Part shown: piece after piece, positions 36,398-47,600 of the stretch
How the letters are laid out: every line of letters starts with the position of its first letter
Position numbering within the stretch: position 1 is the stretch's first letter
Origin: Malacoraja senta
Lineage: Eukaryota
Assembly (NCBI GenBank): GCA_038087875.1
Contig: CM075993.1
Span: forward strand, 6,636,001 to 6,700,000
Direction: 5' to 3'
Length of the DNA: 64,000 nucleotides
Notes under the pieces: generated by a model
Database searches by the model: none
What the model saw: only the letters and a program-made list of their open reading frames with translations
What the model was told of the DNA's origin: nothing
Program-made: the position numbers and the translations under genes

Positions 36398-36928
36398 TTT
36401 ATCGGGATGCATCACAGCTCGGTTTGGGAACAGCTCCATCCAAGACCACAAGGAATTGCAGCGAACTTGGTTTGGGACCCAGCCCAGACCATCGCACAAA
36501 CCAACCTCCCTTCCATTGACTCCATTTATACCTCACGCTGCCTCGGCAAGGCCAACAGCATAATTTAAGGCAAGTCGCACCCCGGCCACTCACTCTTCTC
36601 CCCTCTCCAACCGGGCAAAAAATACAAACACCTCCAGATACAGAGACAGTTTCTTCCCAGCTTTTATCAGGCAACTGAACCATCCTACCACCAACTAGAG
36701 AGCAATCCTGAACTACTATCTACCTCATTGGTGACCCTCGGACTATCTTTGATCGGACTTTACTGGCTTGACCTTGCACTAAACGTTATTCCCTTATCAT
36801 GTGTTTGTTCACTGCGAATGGCTCGACTGTAACCATATATTGTCTTTCCGCTGGCTGGTTAGCCTGCAGCAAAGACTTTTCACCGTGCCTTGGTACACGC
36901 GACAATAAACTAAACTGAACTGAACTGA
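36398..36928 (+). mobile_element. Rex1/Babar-like LINE 3' fragment
   Basis: Degenerate [19 protein letters not shown]...[10 protein letters not shown]...SFFPA.IRQLN C-terminus with a 3' UTR ending CAATAAACTAAACT; other copies at about 10100-10885, 26998-27605 and 45410-45620 (-). Confidence 0.7.
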
Positions 36929-38160
36929 AGCCTGTAGATAGGCCTCAACAATCCAGGCAAGATGCACTTCACTACTCACTGTGGGACGTTGCACCAACAG
37001 AATCAACGTCCTTCAGTCATTGCAAAAAACAAATCAAACACAGACCAAGTCAGTAGAAGAGTTGTCCTTGACACAGTCCTTCTCCCAATAATGGTCCCAG
37101 CTAATCCTCCATCTGGCTAATCATCGCGTCATAGAGTCTTACAGCGTGGAAACAGGCCCTTCAGCCCAACTTGCCCACACCGACCAACATGTCCGTCCCA
37201 TCTACACTTGTCCCACTTACCTGCGTTTGGCCCACATCCCTCTAAACCTGTCCTATCCACGTACCTGTCTAAACATTTCTTAAATATTTTGATAGTAGTC
37301 ATAATATAAACCAAATGCTTCACTTACCCGTAAACTCTTACCACAATAAATAGTTTCGTTTAGGGATACAGCACGGAAACAGGCCCTTCGGCCCACCGAG
37401 TCCGCGCCAACCCGCACATTAACACTATCCTACACACACCAGGGATAAATTACATTTGTACCAAGCCAATTAACCTGCAAACTTGCACGTCTTTAGAGAG
37501 TGGGAGGAAACCGAAGACCTCGGAGAAAACCCGCGCGGGTCACGGGGAGAACATACAAACTCTGTACAGACAGCACCCGTGGTCGGGATCGAACGCGGGT
37601 CTCTGGCACTGCAAGGCAGCAACTCTATCGCTGCGCCACCATGCTGCCCGGAATACCCGGAGTGCTAAAGCACTCATTGGTACAGAGTACTTCCATGGTC
37701 TTAGTCGCTGTCATTGTAAACACCCTCTAGTCTGCGTTGACGCACTTTAGCCAGCCTGCAGCAGAGGCTTTTAGTTCCCTGCCATAAACTTAAAAGCCAA
37801 ATCATAAGAATAATAAAACATACACTATAGGTTCTAAAGAACAGTTCATGCAGGTGGTTATCTCAGCGGTTGTGCTGATGGCTCGTAAAACATGCAAACT
37901 TTGTTCTCCGATTCATGATAAAGGCCCACCCAATGGTGCTACTCAACGTTGCCCACAAGTGGCCCAGACTTATGATGTTTGAACTCATGAGGCTTCTCGT
38001 GGATGTTCAGTACCATGGGGACATTATTGTTGATGACACTTCACTCTCTTTAGTTTCTCGTATCCCTCGTTTGACTCAAATCTTTCCAGATTAAACAGTC
38101 GATTGTCAAAACAAAAAGTGCTTGATGCCCTATCGCCGACTGACGGTTGCACCGACGTGT

Positions 38161-38626
38161 CTACCGAAGTTTGACAGTCTTGGGGATCTCCACTGTTTTG
38201 TGCTTCACGGCTTCCTGGGAATCCTCCGCACTGCCATCCTTAGGGGCGACGTTGGGGTCTGCGGTGTTCTTCCGAGAAGCTTGTGGGCTTGATAGGCCTT
38301 TCCGTGGGACCAGTGGACTGGTCTGTCCTTTCCGTTGGACCAGTGGACTAACCTGGCCCTTCCTTTGGGACTGAGGACTAGCCTGGCCCTTCCTTTGGGA
38401 CTGAGGACTAGCCTGGCCCTTCCTCTGCATCTGAGGGCTGGACTGGGCTGACTGAACCCTCCTGGTCATCGATGGGCTCTTGGATCCCTTGGGTTTATGC
38501 GGTTGGAGGCTGTCGACGTTTTTCAATGACTTCAGCAACAGCGCCTCACACAAGTGGTTGCACTGATGGGTGTCGGGAAACTCTTCGATGACGGAGGAGG
38601 AACAATTTCCGGTCAGGCCCTGATAC
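38161..38626 (-). CDS. alpk3: ALPK3 terminal coding exon (YQGLTGNC...HQCNHLC...KTVKLR*)
   Basis: tcgcag|G TAT, 466 nt, TAG at 38163-38161. Confidence 0.94.
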
Positions 38627-41600
38627 CTGCGAAAGGAAATCCAATTCAGTGAGGAGAAGAGATTTTAAAGAAGAAATAAAGACACTGAGTTGAGACCCTT
38701 CGTCAGACTGAAGAAGGGTCTCGACACGAAACGTCACCCATTCGTTTGTCCAGAGATGCTGTCTGACCCGTTGAGCTACGCCAGCTTTCCGTGTCTATCT
38801 TCGGTTTAAAGCAGCCTCTGTAGTTCCCTCCTACACATAAAGACACAGAGTGCTGGAGTAAAGGGCCTGTCCCACTTGGCGATTTTTTTTGGCAACTGCC
38901 GGCATCATGGACTGTCGTATCAGGTCACCGATATATGACGCGGCGTGATGACGTATGCCGCACGGTGTATTTTCAAGTGTCGCAACATTGTTTTCGTCTT
39001 CGCTGGATTTTGAAATGTTCAAAATCTTTTGGCGACACTGATATGAAGCCTGAAGTCGCCGAAAAAAATTGCCAAGTGGGACAGGCCCTTAGCTCAACGG
39101 GTCAGGTAGCATTCCTTGGAGAATGTGATTCAGATCAGAACACTAGTCTGAAGAAGCGTCCCAGCCTCGACACTAATAAACTAAGCTGAAAGTTTCCTAT
39201 CCAGCTACAAAATGAGATGCTTCCCGACCCGAAATGTCACCTATCTATGTTCTCAAGAGACACTGCCTCACCCGCAGTTACTCCAGCACTTTGCATCTTT
39301 TTTTTTTACCCAACAGCAGCAGTTCCTTATTTCTCCAAATGTTTTGCAATGCTAGACTAAGGAAGGATGTTTCCAGCTCTCGAAAATAAGCAGCAAAAAT
39401 AAGATAAGGACTAATAATTCCAACAGGAATTCAGAAGAAACATCTTTCTCTAACGTACTACTATAAAGGACACATAGTGCTGGAATATCTCAGCAGGTCA
39501 GGCAGCAACTCTGGAGAACATGGATTGGTGATGTTTTGGGTCGAGACCCTTCTTTTCTTCTTGTCTGAGGAAGGGTCTTGACCTGAACATGTCTCAGGTA
39601 TATATGACAATAAAACACTCTTGACTAGGAGGAGTTTAGTTTACAGGAACAGGCCCTTCGGCCCACCAAGTCGGCACTGACCAGTGATCCTGGCACATTA
39701 GCACCACTAGGGGCAATGGACACATAAACCAAGCCAATTGACCTACAAACCTGGACGTCTTTGCAGTGTGGGGGGAAACTGAAGATCTCAGAGAGAACTC
39801 AAAGAGTCACGGGGAGAACGTGCAAACTCCGTACAGACAGCACCCGGGTCTCTGCCTCTGTCAGATAGCAACTCTACCACTGCACCACCTTGACTTGAAA
39901 CAAACTGTGACGTCTCTGACTACAATTTCCCAATTCTCTCTGGCGAAAGAACTGGTTGTATTGCTGTTTATAAAGGGAGGTGGGGAATAAAGCATGTATT
40001 TCATGGTGAGGGGTGGGGTTGATAGACAGGTGGTTGGTACAACTTGTTGGTCTGACCTGGATGAATGATAATCTTGACTTACCCTTTGGAATTAGTAGCG
40101 ATCTGCACACTGGTGATCTTCAGACCCACCCCTATGTCGAGAAGGGAACAGGCGAGAAAGAAAACTGTTCAATGAGCAATCACGTAGTTTCTTAAGACTA
40201 ACTTGTGTCACTATTCTGGCCTAATGTGGGGTGCAGCAGAGATTTGTAGAGTTAGTCAGAGTTCCATTTAGGCGACTCTTTAGGCGACTGCCAGGGACTA
40301 ATTTTAATGGAATTCACCTCTGACACCTGGCGACAACCTACGACAGCAAAAATTGTCGCCACTGTAGTTGCCCAAAAAATTGTCGCCACTGTAGTTGCCC
40401 AGTCTCCTGTAGTTGCCCAAAAAATCGCCTAAAGGGCCTGTCCCACTTGGCCGTCATTCGTGCGCCATTTACGCGAACTGCTAGTGTGTGGGTAGCGTGG
40501 GACGGGCGCATGGAGTGGTGTGGAGGAGTGTGGACTTCGCCCTGCACTAAATCTTCACGCGCCACCGGCCTGTCGCGTAACTGACGGCCAAAGCGGGACA
40601 GGCCCAAGACCCTGACGCGGCACAACGTCTCACCTCCAACAGCAGCTGAAGCAGGCAAACGATCACCGAGCTCGGCCTGGGGCTCACGGCCGTTGCGGAT
40701 CAGGATCCGCCCCCACTCCTACTCCCAGAGCAAGGCCAAGACGATTGGAGATAGACACAAAATGCTGGAGTAACTCAGTGGGACAGGCAGTATCTCTGGA
40801 GAGAAGCAATGGGTGACATTTCGGGTCGAGTTCTTCAGATTGAAGAAGTCTCGACCCGAAACATCATCCATTCCTTCTCTCCAGAGATGCTGCCAGTCCC
40901 GCTGAGTTACTCCAGCATTTTGTGTCTATCTTCAAATGACGTCACGCGCTCCAGACGGCTGTGCGGACGCATGATGACACACGCGACCGTCACGCGTCAG
41001 TCACTACCGGCCTGTCGAGTAAATGACAGCCAAGTGGGACAGGCCCAATGAATCTCATTCAATGTGCATAGCAACACCTGAATATAGCTCCCATTATTCA
41101 GTTTAGTTTAGAGACAGCGTAGAAACCGGCCGAGTCCACACTAACTAGCGATACCCGCACACTAACGCAATCCTACACACTAGGGACAATTTGCAATTTT
41201 TACAGAAGCCAATTAAGCTGCAATCCTGCACTTCTTTAGCGTGTGAGACCAGAGAGAATGAATACAGAGAGAATGTTCAAGCACCCATAGTCAGGATCAA
41301 ACCCGGGGCTCCGGTGCTGTAAGGCAGCAACTCTACCGCTGTGCCGTGCTACAGTAAAGTCTGAAGTTAATTATAACCCTACCTTGCAAGTCAGTCACCA
41401 GCAGGTTGCAGTTTGTCCATTGGTAAATCCAGTGTTGAAAGGCGTGACACTTCTGTACGACTTCAGAGCCGATCTCACCCGCCAGATTCTTGCTCTTGTC
41501 CTCCATTGCATACTTCACAAATTGCCCCATCAAGTCCCTCTCGATGGTTGCATAGGGTATATTGTTGCCAGGGCGATAGAGCAAATGCAGGGGGATTATC

Positions 41601-44600
41601 CTGGGAGCACACATCCAGGTCAGCCACAAATAGCCATCGTTTTGTAAAATTAAGATGTATAAATGACAAGCACTTACTCTGGCACGGGTCCGAACCCTTC
41701 CACTGCACGCGTCTCAGCGGCAAATATTTTACTGTACTCTCTGGCTGTATTTTGAAGCTTACATTCCTGTAAAGTTAAAAGATAAAATTAGTAACTTTAA
41801 AACAAAATCCAATGTTACCATCTCCACCTGCATTGGATAGGAAAGGTTTTGAGATATGGGCAGGTGAGACCAGCGTAGATGGGGCATTTTGGTCGGCATA
41901 GACAAGTTGGGCTGAAGGGCCTGTTTCAATGCTGTGTGACTCTATGACACAGAGAGCACCACAAAGGCGGCATGGTGGCGCAGCAGTAGAGTTGCTGCCT
42001 TTACAGCACCAGAGACCCGGGTTCGATCCTGATTATGGGTGCTCTGTACGGAGTTTGTATGTTCTCCCCGTGAGCTGCGTGGGTTTTCTATGCGATCTGC
42101 GGTTTTCTCCCATGCTCCAGAGACGTACAGGTTTGTAGGTTAATTGGCTTTGTATAAATGTAGATCTCCAATCCCTTTCCCCTGACTCTCAGTCTGAAGA
42201 AGGGTCTCGACCAGAAACGTCACCTATTCCTTTTCTCCAGAGATGCTGCCTGACCCGCTGAGTTACTACAACTTTTTGTGTCTATCTTCAATGTAAATTC
42301 TCCCTTTTGTGTAAGATAGTGTAAGTGTGCGGGGATCGCTGGTTGGCACGGACTCGTGGGCTAAAGGGCCTGTTTCTGCGCTGTATCACTGAACTAAACT
42401 AGCATTAGAATCACAGCCATATCTACTGGCATCAGACTAACTCCACCACCACTTTTAGTTTCGAGATAAAGCATGGAAACAGGCCCTTTGGCCCACCGGG
42501 TCCACGCCCTTTGGCCAACCGGGTCCACGCCCACCAGCGATCCCCGCATATTAACATTATCCTACACCCACTAGGGACAATTATTACAATTACCAAGCCA
42601 ATTAACCTACAAACCTGCACGTCTTTGGAATGTGGGAGGAGACCGAAGATCTCGGAGAAAACCCGCGCAGGTCACGGGGAGAACGTACAAACTCCGTACA
42701 GGCAGCACCCGTAGTCGGGATCGAACCCAGGTCTCCGGCGCTGCATTCGCTGCAAGGCAGCAACTCTACCGCTGCGCCACCGTGACTGCCCTTTTCAGGA
42801 TGTGGCAAAATGGCGGTGATACGTTGCGACTCTTTGCGTACAGACCCCAGAGGATGCTCTATCATCCATACAGCATGGAAACAGGCCCTTGGCCCACTGA
42901 ATCCAAGCCGTCCAGCGATCACCCGTACAATCTACACGCCAGGGATAATTGACGGAAACCAAATGCTAATACATACAAATGCAAAAAAGTTCCATGGTTC
43001 GTTTAAATTTCCTCTACACCACTCATCAAGGATGACTAGAAAATAGGGAAAGCCATCCATAGGTGTATTGCAATAGAATACAGTCTGATATCATAGAATC
43101 ATGGAACAGTATGACTCAGGAACAGGCCCTTCGGCCCACAAGGTCTATGCCGAACATGATGCACAATAAATTCATCTGTTGGCATGTGATGGAGTGGATG
43201 TGGAGATGATGTTTCCAATAGTGGGAGACTCTAGAACCAGAGGGCACAGCCTCAAAATAAAAGGATGTTCCTTTGGAATGGAGATGAGGAGGAGTTTCTT
43301 ACGACAGAGGGTGGTGAATCTGTGGAATTCGTTGCCACAGACGGCTGTGGAGGCCAAGTTATTGGGTATTTTTAAAGCAGAGATTCTTGATAAGTAACGA
43401 CATCAAAGGGTACAGGGAGAAGGCAGGAGAATGGGGTTGAGAGGGAAAAATAGATCAGCCACGATTGAATGGCGGAGTAGACTTGATGGGCCGAATGGCC
43501 TAATTCTGCTTCTATGTCATATGATATTATGGTCTTATGATCCCTGTCCCTCCGTTCCCTGCATATCAATGTACCCATTTAAAAGTCACTATCGTATCTG
43601 CCTCCAACACCACCCCTGGAAGTGAGTTTTAGTTTAGTTTAGTTTAGTTTAGAGATACAAAGTGGAAACAGGCCCTTCATCCCACCGAGTCCGTGCCAAC
43701 CAGCGATCCCCTTACACTAGCTCTATCCTACGCACTATGGACAATTTACAATTTTACTGAAGCCAATTAACCATCAAACCTGTACGTCTTTGGAGTGTGG
43801 GCGGAAACCGAAGGTCTCGGAGAAATCCCACGTTGACAACAATGGCAGAATACTGGCGAACCCGTCACCCTCTTGCTCCGCACAATGCAGTGAGCCACTT
43901 CTAACAAAGGGCGTGACTTACTTGCATAGTGAGATCGTGGTTGCTTTCAACAAGTCCACCATCAGGCTTGGTCCCGTAAGAAATGTAGTTCCGCACTTTG
44001 ACAATACAGGTGGCGCCAGATTCGAATATCGGCTCCAGTCCGTAGATGACTTTCACCCGGCTTGCTTTGCGGCGAAAACCATCACCGACGTTGAGCTCCG
44101 TGGTCATGATTCTGCCGAAGAGCTTATTGCCCCAAAATCCCGTGTCCGTCAGTCCTTTGGTGATCGGCATGGGTGTCATCTCGATCTCCTCACCCACTGG
44201 AACACACACCCACGACAACACAGGTTATAAAGAATGATGAGGACATGGGATAAGGGAAAATATTGGTGGGCCAATTCAAAGCTTGTGCCTTACCTTCAAT
44301 CTCTTCTCTTGAAACAAATCCAGTCAACACTAGAGCAATAAACAGAAAGATTTTAATATGCACCAAAATAAATAGGGCAACTGCTTATATGGTGGTGACA
44401 AGAAAATGGAGTCTATTCACACCGTGCCTTGCAAGACTTTGGATCGCTCCCACGTCTTTTACTGCCACTGACATATTAATTGAGTTAATACTCTACTCGC
44501 TGGAGTTTAGAAGGTTGAGGGGGACCTCATTGAAACTTACAGAATAATGAAGGGCATAGATAGAGTGGATGTGGAAAGGATGTTTCCACTGGTGGGAGAG

Positions 44601-47600
44601 TCTAGGACCAGAGGTCATAGCCTCAGAATTAAAGGGCGCTCTTTTCGAAAGGAGGTGAGGAGAAACTTAACTAGTCAGAGGGTAATTAATCTGTGGAACT
44701 CATTGCCACAGAGGGCTGTGGAGGCCAAGTCCGTGCATATTTTGAAGGCAGAAAGAGGCAAATTCTTGATTAGAACGGGTGTCAAGGGTTATGGGGAGAA
44801 GGCAGAAAGGCATGAGGAGGCAGAGATCAGCCATGATTGCATGGCGGAGTAGACTCGATGGGCCGAATGGCCTAATTCTACTCCCATAACTTGTGAACGT
44901 GAATTGAGTTTAGTTTATTGTCGCGTGTGCCAAGGTACAGTGAAAAGCTTTTGTTGCGTACTAACACAAAGACAATACACGATTACAATCGGGACATCCA
45001 CAATGTACAGATACATGATAAAGGGGATAACGTGAATAATGTTTAGTGCGAGATAAAGTTCGATCAAATATAGTCCAATCAATTCCAATGAGGTGAATCG
45101 TAGCTCAGGACCGCTCTCCAGTTTAGGTTAGTTTAGTTTAGAGATACAGCGCAGAAACAGGCCCTTCGGCCCTCCGAGTCCACACCGACCGGCGATCCCC
45201 GCACATTAACACTACCCGACACACACTAGCAACAATTTTACATTTATACCATCTTTGGAGTGTGGGAGGAAACCGAAGATCTCGGAGAAAACCCACGCAG
45301 GTCATAGAGAGAACGTACAAACTCCGCACAGACGACCACCCGTAGTCAGATTCGAACCCGCGTCTCTGGGGCTGTAGGGCAGTAGTTCTACCGCTTACGC
45401 CACCTTGCCGCCCAAGTTGTTGGTTGGATGGTTCAGTTGCCGGCTAACTGTCTGGGAAGAAACTGTCCTTGAATCTGGAGGTGTGCGTTTTCACACTTCT
45501 ATACCTTTTGCCCGATGGGAGAGGGGAGAAGAGGGGGTGACCGGGGTGAGACTTGTGCCTTGATTACGCTGCTGGCCTTGCCGAGGCAGCGTGAGGTATA
45601 AATGGAGTCAATGGAAGTCAATGTCGGTTTGTGGTGTAGGAAAGGCAACACCTATTTTCACCAGAGCAATGGTACCACATACATTTACAAGATAAATACC
45701 ACATAGAACATAGAACAGTACAGAAGATAGACACAAAATGCTGGAGTAACTCAGCGGGACAGGCAGCATCTCTGCATGGAAGGAACGGGTGATGTTTCGG
45801 GTCGAGACCCTTCTTCAGCATAGGAAAGGGGCCTTGGATATCATGCCAACCAAACGCTTTTCATTATATTGTTTAAGAAGGAACTGCAGATGCTGGAAAA
45901 TCAAAGGTACACAAAAATGCTGGAGAAACTCAGCGGGTGCAGCAGCATCTATGGAGCGAAGGAAATTGGCAACGTTTCGGGCCGAAACCCTTCTTCAGAC
46001 TGGGCACACGTGACAATAATGAACCAATACCAATATTGAATGCCAAGTCTGAACAAGGGTCTCGACCCGAAACGTCACGCATTCCTTCCCTCTAGAGATG
46101 CTGCCCGTCCCGCTGAGTTACTCCAGTATTACGTGTCGATCTCCAATACTTACTTTCACTGCTCAGCAGGAGATCCGTGGCATCTGAACCATACTCATTT
46201 TCCACCATGCATCTGTAAACGCCGCAGTCCTTCGCTGAGGCTTTTACAATGGCCAACGATACTTGACTCTCATCGCCAGCGCTGGAAGAATCCAGGAAGG
46301 AAGAAATAACAAACATTAGCTGGATCTGGAACAGTGCAGTCCCCGCCATATCTCCCCCCCCCCCACCCCCCTCCTCAGTTGGAAGGAAGGTGGTTTCTGA
46401 CAGGAGTCCACTGCCAAGTGAGAGGAACGGCATCTAAACTTGTCCACAGTGTTTCCCAGGTGAAATTACAATAAGGAACCGATCCACTTGGAACAAGCAA
46501 GCAAAGTATCTACCATTGGGTGCCCGGAGCAAGGAAAAAAAGCTGGTGGTGCCTACCTTCGCTTCAGCTTGTTCAAGTGTAGTCCATCCTTGTCCCATCT
46601 GATGGTGGAGTCACTCAGCACATTGAAGAACTGACACCACAGCTTCAGGTTCCCAGAAGCATCTGAGAATTGCTCTGCTCTAATCTTTCGAATGACCTGT
46701 GGAGCTAAAGGCGGCAAAACATGAAGGTCAGTCACAGGGTTGGTCATCAGTGAATGGTGGCCATTAGCACATCCGTAAATGGAAGCCATTACACAGCAGC
46801 AAATGGTGGCCGTTGAGAAACAGATCCAACAGTTCACACCTCAAACTGGATATGACGGACATACATTGGACTCAATTCCCTTCAAGAGCATTGAAGAGAG
46901 GAATTTACAAGAAGTCACATATTAGCTAGTTAAATATTCCTTTCTTAAGTCGCCACAAAGTATTTGCCTTCTAGTCCAGCTGGCAATGTTCATAAGTTCT
47001 AGAAACAGAATTAGGCCATGAAGTTTGTTCAAGAAGGAACTGCAGATGCTGGAAAATCGAAGGTAGACAAAAGTGCTGGAGAAACTCAGCGGGTGCAGCA
47101 GCATCTATGGAGCGAAGGAAATAGGCAACGTTTCGGGCCGAAACCCTTCTCAGACTGCCATGAAGTCTGCCATTCAATCATGACTGATCTATCGTTCCCT
47201 CTCAACCGCATTCTCCTGCCTTCTCCCCATAATCCGTACTAATCAAAGTATGTTTCTTTAAACCATTCTGTTTATCTTTGAATGACTTTGTGAGTCAGTT
47301 AACAGGGATGATTACAAAAGTGAAGAAGGGGCCCCGATCGGAAACATCGTGTGTCCATGTCCCTCCACAGAGGCTGCCTGACCCATTGAGTTCCTCTAGT
47401 AATTTGTTTGGTTTAGAGATACAGCGCGGAAACAGGCCCTTCGGCCCACCGTGTCCACGCCGACCATCGATCACCTGTTCACACGAGTTCCATGTTATCC
47501 CACGTTCACCACACATTAGGGGTAATTCACAGAGGGCCAATTAACCTACAACCCCGCACATCTTTTGGGGTGGGGGAAACCGGATCACCCGGAGGAAACC

